Below the pieces are notes generated by a model. That model was not told the DNA's origin, searched no databases, and saw nothing but the letters and a program-made list of their open reading frames with translations. Of a DNA stretch of 64,000 nucleotides, positions 38,675 to 48,385 are shown piece by piece (position 1 is the first letter of the stretch; every line of letters starts with the position of its first letter). Where the stretch lies: contig CAMTYB010000001.1 of assembly GCA_947085855.1 (NCBI GenBank), forward strand, positions 149,788 through 213,787. The letters are read 5' to 3'. The translations under genes were made by a program, and so were the position numbers. This stretch comes from an uncultured Candidatus Saccharibacteria bacterium. GTDB taxonomy: Bacteria > Patescibacteriota > Saccharimonadia > Saccharimonadales > 2-12-FULL-41-12.

Positions 38675-39163
38675 ATGACGGATATACTAACTGGCTATAC
38701 CCACGAGCAGTACGAAGAAGCCTTAACCATCTTCGAGAGAGCGCAGACAATAGCACTCAACGCCGGCAATATTGCAGAAGGTGCGCGGTTAGCTAACGCT
38801 TTCGCGAATGTCGCCCACGGCATGGGCAACCTGTCTACGGCAGAGAGATGTCACCGTGACGCTATCTATAACTATCAACTAGAAGACGAGACCGAACGAC
38901 TTGGGCGTCCGGCGGAAGAGATCGTGCCAGCCAGAAAAGAAATCTTTGGCCAGTACGCTTTGTTAGGTACTGTGTTCGGCAGTCGACCGAGAGGACTCAA
39001 AACAGAATCCAAGCTACGCAGTCTTAAACGCGAAATCTTGGACACAGATCCAGTCGCCAGGGAAGATGTCGTTGCCGGCCTATGGGCACTCCATGTTACA
39101 CACGATAGCCTCGGCAAGGTAGGCCTCGGTTACCGCGGCATCAACATCCGACCGACGAGCTAA
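38675..39163 (+). CDS. Hypothetical protein (helical, TPR-like N-terminus)
   Basis: 162-aa ORF with no recognised motif. Confidence 0.5.
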   Translation: MTDILTGYTHEQYEEALTIFERAQTIALNAGNIAEGARLANAFANVAHGMGNLSTAERCHRDAIYNYQLEDETERLGRPAEEIVPARKEIFGQYALLGTVFGSRPRGLKTESKLRSLKREILDTDPVAREDVVAGLWALHVTHDSLGKVGLGYRGINIRPTS

Positions 39164-39320
39164 GCACCTTGCAACACTGTGCGAACTAGCCGCATATATG
39201 GACGGACTTGGTATTCGAGCACTGCTCATCCACGATAAAGACCCGACACCACGTCCAATGAAGACATGGCTCGCTGCCATTCAGAAAAACCGCTAGTAAT
39301 ACACAGGTAGTTTAGACCAA

Positions 39321-39343
39321 GGTTCAAGTCCGTCTCCCTGCCA
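39321..39343 (+). other. Orphan tRNA 3'-end fragment (T-loop to CCA), no upstream tRNA body
   Basis: GGTTCAAGTCCGTCTCCCTGCCA. The sequence upstream cannot form the T-stem, D-arm or anticodon arm. It resembles the tRNA-Ser 3' end (GGTTCGAATCCCTCTCCCTCCGCCA) with substitutions and a 2-nt gap. Confidence 0.6.
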
Positions 39344-39345
39344 AT

Positions 39346-39378
39346 AAAAATACCCCACACAAGGTGAGGTATTTTTAT
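39346..39378. terminator. Bidirectional rho-independent terminator-like hairpin
   Basis: AAAAATACCCCAC-ACAA-GGTGAGGTATTTTTATTT has an A-run and a T-run on opposite sides. It lies between the tRNA fragment (+) and tRNA-Leu (-). Confidence 0.6.
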
Positions 39379-39379
39379 T

Positions 39380-39467
39380 TGGTACCGCGGGCCGGACTTG
39401 AACCGGCACGAGCGTAATGCTCACAAGATTTTGAGTCTAGCGTGTCTACCAATTCCACCACCGCGGC
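39380..39467 (-). tRNA. tRNA-Leu (anticodon CAA), long variable arm, encoded CCA
   Basis: Minus-strand read: GCCGCGGTGGTGGAATTGGTAGACACGCTAGACTCAAAATCTTG...GGTTCAAGTCCGGCCCGCGGTACCA. The anticodon loop is CTCAAAA. The anticodon stem has one U-U mismatch. Confidence 0.9.
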
Positions 39468-39527
39468 AAAAGTTGCTATTCTGGGCTAGAACCCTGGGTA
39501 AGACCGAGTAATTGTACTATACTTGTA

Positions 39528-40778
39528 ATGGAATTACCACTGTTATCAATGAATAATACTATCGAACCAAAGCCCTCAAACAGCGATGATGTTAAGCGCC
39601 AACAAGAAACGGCGGTTGGCTTAATTCGCAGTAAACTGGATACGCTCTACGAACAAGAACCCAGTGCCAGCGAAGAACTGAGTGAAGTAGAAGTCGTTCC
39701 GGCCAAGCAGCAGTCAAAGCACCAGCACTATATGCAACAACTCAGTGGCTCTGGCCGCAGCTTAGCTGAAATCCAGGTCGCCTGGCACGACTACTACGCC
39801 AAACTATCAGATAAAGAGAAACACGAAGTTTGGCACGAATTCTACAGTGAACATGCTCGTGCTCGCACCACTCGTGAATCTAAAAAACCTGAACAGTCGC
39901 CACAACCGGAAGCTCCACAGCCAAGCCGGCCGCACGTGCCAATCAGCAATAATACAGCGGCTAGTCGTAAACGTTCACGGCGCGGCAAGCGTAGTGGAGG
40001 TGCTGCCAGTGATATTAAAAACCATGTTCTCTCGCAAGTGGAAGCCCGTGGCAAAGTCACCAAAAACCCTCATGTTCGTTCGCTGATATTCGGTGCCAGT
40101 ATGGGACTATTGACGGTGCTCATACTATTATTCGGCTTTTTCAATGAACGCTTTATCACTCCGTTCATTCGACCGAATACCAATGTCAGTGCTACACCAA
40201 TCATTGTTGACCCACAAGCTAATGGCCCGGTAGGCCCCGAAGCAAAGATTATTATCCCCAAGATTAATGTCGAAGCACCAGTCGTATATGATGTGCCTTC
40301 TATTTCAGAAAGTGATGTTCAGAAGGGCCTCGAACGTGGAGTGGTTCACTACATTACCACACCAAACCCAGGCGAAAAGGGGAATGCCGTAATTTTTGGG
40401 CACTCCAGTAGTAATATCTTGAACAAGGGTAAATACAAATTTGCCTTTATTATGCTCAAGAGCCTCGACAAGGATGACACATTTATCGTCCAAAAAGATG
40501 GCAAACGATATGTCTACAAAATTTATGAAAAGTTTGTCGTAAAGCCAGATGACTTAAGTGTGCTCGGGCCTACCGACAAAACGTCTACTGTCACCTTGAT
40601 TACCTGTGACCCACCCGGCACATCGACAAATCGCTTGATTATTCGGGCTGAACAAATTTTTCCAGACCCATCTGCCAACAAGGAAAGCAGCATTCAGCAA
40701 AACGCCAACACGCAACAGCCAAACCAGCTACCAAGCAACTCAGTCAGCATGTGGCAGCGCATAACCGGCGGCCTCTAG
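39528..40778 (+). CDS. Sortase (class E-like) with a long basic or disordered N-terminal extension and a TM anchor
   Basis: Catalytic region FGHSS...TLITCDPPGTSTNRLIIRAE (TLxTC motif). Confidence 0.85.
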   Translation: MELPLLSMNNTIEPKPSNSDDVKRQQETAVGLIRSKLDTLYEQEPSASEELSEVEVVPAKQQSKHQHYMQQLSGSGRSLAEIQVAWHDYYAKLSDKEKHEVWHEFYSEHARARTTRESKKPEQSPQPEAPQPSRPHVPISNNTAASRKRSRRGKRSGGAASDIKNHVLSQVEARGKVTKNPHVRSLIFGASMGLLTVLILLFGFFNERFITPFIRPNTNVSATPIIVDPQANGPVGPEAKIIIPKINVEAPVVYDVPSISESDVQKGLERGVVHYITTPNPGEKGNAVIFGHSSSNILNKGKYKFAFIMLKSLDKDDTFIVQKDGKRYVYKIYEKFVVKPDDLSVLGPTDKTSTVTLITCDPPGTSTNRLIIRAEQIFPDPSANKESSIQQNANTQQPNQLPSNSVSMWQRITGGL

Positions 40779-40785
40779 CTCGCAG

Positions 40786-42303
40786 TTATATATCTTCATC
40801 AAGCCGTAGCTTGGTAGAGAAGAGACCAGTCTTACTACTTGCCACGTTATCGATTGAGTAGATGATGGTGTAATCGCGATTAAAGATAAGTGGGGAACCG
40901 GTCAGATTGGTAACGAGCTCTTGTTTGTTTAAACCATCGTAATCAAACATCATAGCCTTATCCTTTGAACGGGCCTGCAAACGATGTCCATCCATCCACA
41001 CAAGCTTGATGCTCGGATCGAGCGGGGTTGATACGTCATAGCCGTAGTTGCGATTGTATTCAGCATCATGGACTTCAATGTGCTGACCACTCTGCGTCAT
41101 GATGAAGCGAGTGTTCTTAGAGAAGGAAACTTGCGTCATGGCACCCGTTGCTTTTTGGATAGTGCGAGGGGCTGGCTTAGTGCCGTCTTTGCGCTGCAAT
41201 ACAGCTAGAGGCTCACGATATACATACGTTCTGTGCTCAGCATCAGAACCAATTACCACGTACCAGCTGCCATCATAACGAGCAATATCCAGGAACACTG
41301 CACCCGGCGCCACATCCTTGACGACATACGGTTCTTTACCATCTTGAATGAGCGAGACGCGCTGGTACTTACCGTCGGCTGTTGGTTGAGAGTAAATAAT
41401 AGTATCGTCATCATGCGTCTTGTAGTTCGTGACATTTGTCAGCAACGGGGCAATGACCCGTTTGGCGTCCGCTAACTGCAGTACGCCGCCAGCTTCCGTA
41501 TACAAATGCCATTGATCAAACTTTTTATCACGCAGGGTAATCTTGGTCGGATTCTGACCAAGTAGTCGATTAATATTGATTGATGTAGCTGGATTCTCAC
41601 GGGCAACTACCACAAACTCATTACCACCTTGGTACGTGTGTTTAATGAGTATGTGCTTGTTGTCGTTAGCCCATTCAATAGTCTCAAAGACGTGCGTGCC
41701 GTCTGCTTGAGCAAATAAGTCAGCCGCTACCTTAAACTGTCGCGACTGAGGCTGATCATTGTCGTTTAAAGTATTGAGGTCAAGTTCGGTAAAATCAATG
41801 ATGCTACTACCGCTCGCCACAATCAGCCAGCGTCGATCAGGACTTTCAGTTACCATACGCGGTGACACATCATACGTCTGAAATTGCTGTGGCTTTAGGT
41901 CGTTTACAATCAGCATTGGGTAGGTAAACCGCTCTACCGCGCCGCCTTTGAGTTCAAAGTTCCGTTGCCATGTCCGATACTGATTTTTTTCAATTTTTAG
42001 ATCATATTGACCAGATGGCAGGGCATAGCGACTATTCGTCTGATCTTTTTGCTCGCTGTCATTAAATCGTACTTTGGCTTTGTCGGGCGCACTATCTACA
42101 AACACTAAACCGTTCTGAATAACTTGGCCTGTCTTGCGATCGACATCAAAGCCATAGGCTGAATACACCAAAATAAATGTGGCAATAGCAATAAGAACTG
42201 CCATCAGTCCGTATCCGATGATCAGTGTTATAAGATGTCGTCGTTTTGCTTTTGGGTCAAGAAAATCCATAGGCTGTACGCTACATTTTACACCATACAC
42301 CAT
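40786..42303 (-). CDS. Membrane-anchored PEGA-domain protein with a beta-propeller-like C-terminal region
   Basis: TM anchor, then a PEGA-like segment VFVDSAPDKAKVRFNDSE...GQYDLKIEKNQYRTWQRNFEL. The likely start is the internal M (MDFLDPKAKRR, nt 42270). Confidence 0.65.
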   Translation of the reverse strand: MVYGVKCSVQPMDFLDPKAKRRHLITLIIGYGLMAVLIAIATFILVYSAYGFDVDRKTGQVIQNGLVFVDSAPDKAKVRFNDSEQKDQTNSRYALPSGQYDLKIEKNQYRTWQRNFELKGGAVERFTYPMLIVNDLKPQQFQTYDVSPRMVTESPDRRWLIVASGSSIIDFTELDLNTLNDNDQPQSRQFKVAADLFAQADGTHVFETIEWANDNKHILIKHTYQGGNEFVVVARENPATSININRLLGQNPTKITLRDKKFDQWHLYTEAGGVLQLADAKRVIAPLLTNVTNYKTHDDDTIIYSQPTADGKYQRVSLIQDGKEPYVVKDVAPGAVFLDIARYDGSWYVVIGSDAEHRTYVYREPLAVLQRKDGTKPAPRTIQKATGAMTQVSFSKNTRFIMTQSGQHIEVHDAEYNRNYGYDVSTPLDPSIKLVWMDGHRLQARSKDKAMMFDYDGLNKQELVTNLTGSPLIFNRDYTIIYSIDNVASSKTGLFSTKLRLDEDI

Positions 42304-42428
42304 AATTTTCGGCCAAAGACTTACAAAAGAAAAAGGTGAAAAAGCTTTACGATTTCATGTTTTAAATCTAAACTTATTGGAAAGGATCTACCGCAATCGC
42401 GACATCAGCAACGAATAGAGGGTAACCG

Positions 42429-43598
42429 TTGGCTAACACAACACCATCAAAAGCAAAAACTACCATCGAGCTTAACGGCAAGCTATACGATGCTCGTACC
42501 GGTAAAATAATCAGCGACACTGTGCCGAATACATCTGTTGTTACGCCTCAAACCGTGACAGCTCAGCCACATGCAAAATCCATAGCCAGTACGCCACCAG
42601 CTGCTGCCAAGCCCAAGAAGGCCACCGGCATGGTTCTGGATGGCTTTGTGCGTGGAGCCCGTACCCACACTACAGCTCGCACGCAACCAAAATATCAAAA
42701 GACTGCTTTGCAAAAATCACAGACTCTTATGCGCCCGGCCGTCAAAAAGCCACAGCCCGTTAGTAAGACAGCTGCCCAAGGCACTGTACCGGCCAAGAAA
42801 CTCCAGTTCAAAAAGAAGGACACCGGTCGTGAGGCTCGAGCTGCTAGCACACCTAAAAGCTCAGCAATCCGTCGTTTTAAAGCCCCGGCTCAACCAGCCA
42901 CGTTAGTCAAGAAGCAAGCCGTCGTACCAGTAGCTACACAGTCTGCCGTAGCGCCACGCCACGCGGCTGTAGCCTATGCGCCGGCCGCTCAACGAGCTGC
43001 TCAGTTGGCAACAACAACCGAAGCACATGTAAAGCAATCAGTTGATGCCATCGAAGCCAGCCTACGTAGCGCCACCTCACATTTACAGCACTTTGATGAT
43101 TCACTTATGAAGCGTAGTTTCTTTAGTCGTTTTGGCCTCTTCAAAAGCCGAGCCGCCAATTTGGCCACATTGAGCGTAGCCGGCTTACTGCTTATGGGAT
43201 TTTTCGCATATCAGAATGCGCCAAACATCGAAATGCGGGTTGCAGCTGCTCAATCTGGCGTCTCGGCTCAAATGCCTGGTTATAAACCAACTGGCTTTAG
43301 CGCGAGCCGTGGCATCAAAGCCGAACCAGGCAAGGTGACCGTCGCGTTTCAATCTAACACCAACAACAAAGAGTTCACTGTCACCCAACAAGCAAGTAAT
43401 TGGTCAAGTGATGCACTGCTAGCCAATCACGTCCTCGCTAACAAACAGCCCTACCAAACCTATCAAAACGAAGGTAAAACTGTCTTTATCTACGACAACT
43501 CCAACGCCACTTGGGTAAACGGGGGCATCTGGTACCAAGTAAACGGTGATGCCAGCCTTACGAGCGACCAGCTTTTGCGCCTTGCTAACAGCTTCTAG
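42429..43598 (+). CDS. Hypothetical single-pass membrane protein (basic disordered N-terminus, extracytoplasmic C-terminal domain)
   Basis: TTG start with AGAGGG upstream. TM segment LATLSVAGLLLMGFFAY. Function unknown. Confidence 0.6.
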   Translation: MANTTPSKAKTTIELNGKLYDARTGKIISDTVPNTSVVTPQTVTAQPHAKSIASTPPAAAKPKKATGMVLDGFVRGARTHTTARTQPKYQKTALQKSQTLMRPAVKKPQPVSKTAAQGTVPAKKLQFKKKDTGREARAASTPKSSAIRRFKAPAQPATLVKKQAVVPVATQSAVAPRHAAVAYAPAAQRAAQLATTTEAHVKQSVDAIEASLRSATSHLQHFDDSLMKRSFFSRFGLFKSRAANLATLSVAGLLLMGFFAYQNAPNIEMRVAAAQSGVSAQMPGYKPTGFSASRGIKAEPGKVTVAFQSNTNNKEFTVTQQASNWSSDALLANHVLANKQPYQTYQNEGKTVFIYDNSNATWVNGGIWYQVNGDASLTSDQLLRLANSF

Positions 43599-43623
43599 GA
43601 CCTAACCTGATATACTGGAACAG

Positions 43624-45063
43624 ATGAATCAATCTGTAAGAACTCGGTTCGCGCCGAGCCCAACTGGTTTTCTACATGTCGGCGGCATTCGCACGGCTTT
43701 ATTTGCCTGGCTGGTAGCCCAGCAAGCAAATGGAGCTTTTATTTTGCGGCTAGAAGATACCGATAAGAAGCGGGAAGTACCGGGCTCAGATAAACACCTT
43801 ATGGAAAGCCTTCGTGTGCTTGGTCTTGAATACGACGAAGGACCAGACAAGCCAGGTGAATATGGACCATATTTACAGAGTGAACGCCTTGATAGCTATA
43901 AAGTCTGGGCCGAAAAACTGATCGCCGCTGGCCGCGCCTACGCCGACCCGTACTCGCCCGAAGAACTTCAAAAGCTCCGCGAAGCTGCCCAAAAGAACAA
44001 GCAGCCATTTCTTTATCGTAACCATCGCCCAGCACACCCTCCTAAGTGGGATGGAAGTCAACCATTACGCTTTAAATCAGACCCAAAACCATACACGTGG
44101 CACGACGAGGTTATGGGCGAGCTTAAAGCCATACCAGAAGTGATCGATGATTTCATTCTTATAAAATCTGATGGCTATCCAACCTACAACTTTGCACACA
44201 TCATCGATGACCACGAAATGAAGATTAGCCACATCATCCGCGGTCAAGAATTCATTGCCAGCATGCCAAATTACCTTAACTTGTATGAGGCTCTGGACAT
44301 AACACCACCAATTTTTGCCACCATGCCACACATCTTAGGACCAGATGGCAATAAAAAGCTCAGCAAGCGAGATAATGCCAAAGACGTACTAGATTACATT
44401 CGACAAGGCTTCTTGCCGGAAGCATTGGTTAACTTTATCGCCACGCTTGGCTGGAACGACGGTACTGAGCAAGAAATTTACAGCGTAGCAGAATTAATAG
44501 AGAAGTTCAGCCTGAGCCGCGTTCAGCGCAGCGGTGCGCGTTTCGACGAACGACGCCTGCTGTGGACCAACGGCGCACATATTCGTGAACTCAACCTCGA
44601 AGACCTCTACGAAAAAGTTGCTGACTACTGGCCAGAATCAGCTCAATCATATGACGATACCTACAAGAAAGCCGTCCTCGACATCACCCAGGAGCGCCTC
44701 AAATACTTCGCTGAGTTACCTGAGCTCACTGAATTTTTCTTTACCGATCTGCCAATAAACCCGACTCTAATCACCGATCATAAGCAACTCAAGAAGCTGA
44801 CCGGCGAAGAGTTACGTCGGCTACTCCTCGACAGCCACGAAGCATTGGGGGAGCTCACTGAATGGGACACCGTACACCTACAAGACACTCTGAATGAACT
44901 ATTAGAGAAGCTCGGCCAGAAGCCGGCTGTATTATTGAGTTTGATTCGAATAGCCAGCACTCAGGCGCCATCGAGTCCCGGTCTGGCAGAAAGTCTAGCC
45001 GTCCTCGGCAAAGAGCGAAGCTTGGCGCGCATTGACCGCCAAATTAAAGCATTAGCTCAATAA
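43624..45063 (+). CDS. gltX: Glutamate--tRNA ligase
   Basis: RFAPSPTGFLHVGGIRTALF (HIGH-type motif) and KLSKR (KMSKS-type motif). Confidence 0.95.
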   Translation: MNQSVRTRFAPSPTGFLHVGGIRTALFAWLVAQQANGAFILRLEDTDKKREVPGSDKHLMESLRVLGLEYDEGPDKPGEYGPYLQSERLDSYKVWAEKLIAAGRAYADPYSPEELQKLREAAQKNKQPFLYRNHRPAHPPKWDGSQPLRFKSDPKPYTWHDEVMGELKAIPEVIDDFILIKSDGYPTYNFAHIIDDHEMKISHIIRGQEFIASMPNYLNLYEALDITPPIFATMPHILGPDGNKKLSKRDNAKDVLDYIRQGFLPEALVNFIATLGWNDGTEQEIYSVAELIEKFSLSRVQRSGARFDERRLLWTNGAHIRELNLEDLYEKVADYWPESAQSYDDTYKKAVLDITQERLKYFAELPELTEFFFTDLPINPTLITDHKQLKKLTGEELRRLLLDSHEALGELTEWDTVHLQDTLNELLEKLGQKPAVLLSLIRIASTQAPSSPGLAESLAVLGKERSLARIDRQIKALAQ

Positions 45064-45090
45064 TTGTCATACGCTTAAGAACCCTGTATA

Positions 45091-46323
45091 GTGATTACCA
45101 TTATGGTTGACGTCGTTCGTCGTCCTCAGTCGCCAGAAGATGAGGATCAAAAAAATCAAGATTCAACAGAAGAAAAACCGAGCATCCCCGTGGAGGCTCC
45201 TCATTTGTATGACACCGAAAAAGGCTTCGCTGCTACAAGTGCTGCAGTCAAGCTCAAAGGCAGCCACCGCCTCAGTTTCATCAAGAATGCTACCAAGAAA
45301 CAAAAGATCATCGGCGGCATTATTGCTGCCGTCCTAATACTTGGTGGTGCGGTTGGCGTTTATGCGCTCAACAATAGCTTTAAGCCAGAGCCACAAGCGG
45401 CGGCACCAGTTGCTAAGCAAGCCGAGCCGGCAAAGCCAACCACTGAGGCGTCAAAGCTCACCGGTGTCCAGATTAGTCCAGAGCTCAATAAGCGTCCGGT
45501 GACCGGCATTATGATAGAAAACAGCCCTGACGCCCGACCACAATCTGGCATCAAGGATGCTGGAGCTATCTTTGAAGCAATTGCCGAGGGTGGCATTACT
45601 CGTTTTCTCGTCCTGCATCAAGAAAGTCAACCCGACTACATTGGTCCTGTTCGCTCGGTCAGACCATACTATGTTGAAATGTTGCTGCCGTATGACGCCT
45701 CGATTGTCCATGCCGGTGGCAGCGCCGATGGGCTAGCCAAAGTCCGTGATAGTAAAGCCAAAGATATCGACCATGGCGCTAATGGTGGTGCCTTCAGGCG
45801 TGTCAACGATCGCTACGCACCCCACAACCTCTATACCAGCATGGCAGAACTCGACAAAGTTAACAGCCAACGTGGCTTTACCACGAGCAACGTAAAGAGT
45901 ATCCTGCGCAAAGCTGAAAAACCGGGACAACCAGTGACTGCGGGACAGATTGATATCAGCATGTCAGGCCCACTCTATAATTCACATTACGATTACGATG
46001 CGGCATCTAACACATACAAGCGTAGTCAGGCCGGCAAACCACACACCGATCATCGCAGTGGCCAACAACTAACACCTAAAGTCGTTGTGGCCTTGGTGAT
46101 GAACTATTCCCAGCGTGGTATTTATTCGGTTTACACTACTACCGGCAGCGGTAAGGTTGTTGTCTTCCAGGATGGTCAGATACAAAGCGGCACCTGGTCA
46201 CGCGCCAACGATCGTGATCAATTTGTACTCAAAGATGATACTGGCAAGGAATTACCCCTCAACGCTGGTCAAACCTGGTTCGCTCTGGTTAAGGGCCCGG
46301 ATTCAGTTAGCGCCAAGCCGTAA
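45091..46323 (+). CDS. DUF3048 (YerB-like) domain protein, membrane-anchored
   Basis: PVTGIMIENSPDARPQSGIKDAGAIFEAIAEGGITRFLVL...VRSVRPYY is typical of DUF3048. The alternative start is the ATG at 45103. Confidence 0.8.
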   Translation: MITIMVDVVRRPQSPEDEDQKNQDSTEEKPSIPVEAPHLYDTEKGFAATSAAVKLKGSHRLSFIKNATKKQKIIGGIIAAVLILGGAVGVYALNNSFKPEPQAAAPVAKQAEPAKPTTEASKLTGVQISPELNKRPVTGIMIENSPDARPQSGIKDAGAIFEAIAEGGITRFLVLHQESQPDYIGPVRSVRPYYVEMLLPYDASIVHAGGSADGLAKVRDSKAKDIDHGANGGAFRRVNDRYAPHNLYTSMAELDKVNSQRGFTTSNVKSILRKAEKPGQPVTAGQIDISMSGPLYNSHYDYDAASNTYKRSQAGKPHTDHRSGQQLTPKVVVALVMNYSQRGIYSVYTTTGSGKVVVFQDGQIQSGTWSRANDRDQFVLKDDTGKELPLNAGQTWFALVKGPDSVSAKP

Positions 46324-46341
46324 CCCCTAGGTAGATGACGC

Positions 46342-47877
46342 ATGGGGGAGGGCCACATTCAGAAATTCATCAAGAGTCTCCAGTCCCAACTGGTACTCTG
46401 GTTTATCCTGAGTGGCCTCAGCCTGGTACTTGCTGGCAGCCTCATACACTTTTTCCTTGATATCCCAGAATGGATGGTTGCTGCCGGACTGGCAACCGCT
46501 TGGCTGATCAGCGCTGTCGTTATTGGCATGCTGCTTGGTCGCAAGCTCGCCAAACCAACCGAATACATTGCGCAGACAATCTTGCACATTTCGCCGACCG
46601 AGCACCTTGTACCAGCTCCAAATCTGGAGACGCTCAAGTTCGGCCACGAGCTCGTCGAATCGCTCAGCCGCCAAGTCTACGCCTATGCCACTGCCGCCAA
46701 TCAGTCTGGTGGTCAACAACAAGTCTTTTCTGACATCCAAGCACTCGTCAACCAAGTACCCATCGCTCTGCTCGGTATAGATCAGGATGGCGTAATTGCC
46801 ATGGTCAACCCAGCAGCCACCACTGCTTTTCCCATCGAGAACCTAAATGGTCGTCCTCTGGATGGCACTTTTCAATTTATTTCCGAAGCTGAGCCATCAA
46901 TTCGTGCCTGGCTGAGCCAAATCAACGAAAGCAGCCTGCACGAAATGAAGCGCTGGCCAAAGATAGAGCTGAAAACCGCCGAAGACACTTCGCTCGGCTA
47001 TTTTGATATCGCAATCAGCTTCAACAAACACAGCGCCAGTGGTGTTGACACTGTCATTGCATTCTACGACCACACCGACGCCTATAACGAGGAGGATGCC
47101 TCGATGAGCCTGATCGCCCTAGCCGTGCACGAACTGCGTACACCACTCACAATCTTGCGCGGCTACATAGAAGCCTTCGAAGATGAGCTCGGCAAGACTG
47201 CCTCACCCCAGATAGCTGATGATTTACGTAAAATGAACGCTTCAGCCGAAAGCCTCAGCTCCTTTGTTGGCAACATCCTCAATGTTGCCCGAGTTAATCA
47301 AGGTCAGCTCACGCTCAGCTTGCGCGAAGAAAGCTGGAACAAAGTTCTGCCACAAATCGTAAACAGCCTGCGCAACCGGGCAGGCGTACAGGGCAAGGAA
47401 CTTGAATTGCGCATGCAAGCAGACCTGCCAGCGGCGGCTATTGATCGGATGACTATTGGCGAAGTTGTAACCAATCTGGTAGAAAATGCCGTAAAGTATA
47501 GCCCCGACACAACTGCCAAGAAAATCATGATCGTCAGCCGTCTTAACAATGAAGGCCTCATCGAAACAACAGTAGTAGATCAAGGCATTGGCATTCCAGA
47601 ATCAGTTATGCCGCATCTCTTTAGCAAATTCTACCGCAATCACCGGAGCAGGGCAGCTATCCGCGGCACCGGCCTGGGATTATTCCTCTGCAAGGCCATC
47701 GTTACTGCGCACCATGGCAATATCTGGGCAAACTCAAAAGAGGGGCAGGGTAGCACCTTTGGCTTCACACTTTTACCGTACGCCCAGCTTGCAGCCGATC
47801 AGCAAACCAGTAATAATGAAGCCATCACCCAGGGTTCACATGGCTGGATCAAAAATCATTCTATGCAACGGAGATAA
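46342..47877 (+). CDS. Sensor histidine kinase (2 TM, PAS-like, HisKA, HATPase)
   Basis: H-box LAVHELRTPLTILRGY; NLVENAVKYS; DQGIGI; GTGLGLFLC. Confidence 0.9.
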   Translation: MGEGHIQKFIKSLQSQLVLWFILSGLSLVLAGSLIHFFLDIPEWMVAAGLATAWLISAVVIGMLLGRKLAKPTEYIAQTILHISPTEHLVPAPNLETLKFGHELVESLSRQVYAYATAANQSGGQQQVFSDIQALVNQVPIALLGIDQDGVIAMVNPAATTAFPIENLNGRPLDGTFQFISEAEPSIRAWLSQINESSLHEMKRWPKIELKTAEDTSLGYFDIAISFNKHSASGVDTVIAFYDHTDAYNEEDASMSLIALAVHELRTPLTILRGYIEAFEDELGKTASPQIADDLRKMNASAESLSSFVGNILNVARVNQGQLTLSLREESWNKVLPQIVNSLRNRAGVQGKELELRMQADLPAAAIDRMTIGEVVTNLVENAVKYSPDTTAKKIMIVSRLNNEGLIETTVVDQGIGIPESVMPHLFSKFYRNHRSRAAIRGTGLGLFLCKAIVTAHHGNIWANSKEGQGSTFGFTLLPYAQLAADQQTSNNEAITQGSHGWIKNHSMQRR

Positions 47878-47882
47878 AGACT

Positions 47883-48263
47883 ATGGACGAAACGACTATC
47901 GCAAAACACGTTCTCTGTATCGAAGATGAGCGCTTTATTGGCGAGCTTTACAAGCGAGCTCTCGAAAACGCCGGCTACGCGGTTGATGTAGTTGGAGATG
48001 GCGAACATGGCCTCCAGGCTGTACTGACAGACAAGTACGATATTGTACTGCTCGACATCATGATACCGCAGCTCTTGGGCATCGACCTGCTACACGAAGT
48101 GCGCACCAAAAAGCCAGATTTGCGAGCCAAAATTATTATTACTACCAACCTCGAACAAGACCAAAAAGCCCGCGCCAAAATCGAACAAGAGGCCGATGGC
48201 TACCTCATTAAAGCCGACATCACACCACGCCAACTAGTTAGCTTCCTCGACCAACTTAACTAG
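47883..48263 (+). CDS. Single-domain (receiver-only) response regulator
   Basis: 126 aa: VLCIEDE...DIVLLDIMIP...K. Confidence 0.9.
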   Translation: MDETTIAKHVLCIEDERFIGELYKRALENAGYAVDVVGDGEHGLQAVLTDKYDIVLLDIMIPQLLGIDLLHEVRTKKPDLRAKIIITTNLEQDQKARAKIEQEADGYLIKADITPRQLVSFLDQLN

Positions 48264-48286
48264 GTCAGGCTTGAACTAGTTATTGA

Positions 48287-48385
48287 GCCACATCCAAAAG
48301 GGCACATATCGTGTGTCTCGTGCGCATCTTCAACACCTTGCAGTTTCCGCCCAGGGCACACGGCGTGTGCCCTTTTGAATGTGGC
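48287..48385. repeat. 99-nt element bounded by near-perfect 20-nt inverted repeats; contains the terminator hairpin below
   Basis: GCCACATCCAAAAGGGCACA (48287-48306) pairs with TGTGCCCTTTTGAATGTGGC (48366-48385), with one mismatch. Confidence 0.6.
48354..48376 (+). terminator. Rho-independent terminator-like hairpin downstream of the response-regulator gene
   Basis: GGGCACAC-GGC-GTGTGCCC followed by TTTT. Confidence 0.6.

Noticed and set aside
38545-38796. 83-aa ORF in the 300-nt divergent spacer, and the similar intergenic ORFs 48451-48684 and 15614-15860
   Set aside because: They have no RBS, odd composition and overlaps with better-supported starts or structured non-coding sequence. They are likely spurious.
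26015-39343. Reading tRNA-Ser (attL) to the tRNA-like fragment at 39321 (attR) as one ~13-kb genomic island
   Set aside because: The interval contains core housekeeping genes (pyrH, xth). The fragment is only an imperfect match to the tRNA-Ser 3' end. No recombinase is present. The exact 14-nt repeat lies at 26167, not at 39321.
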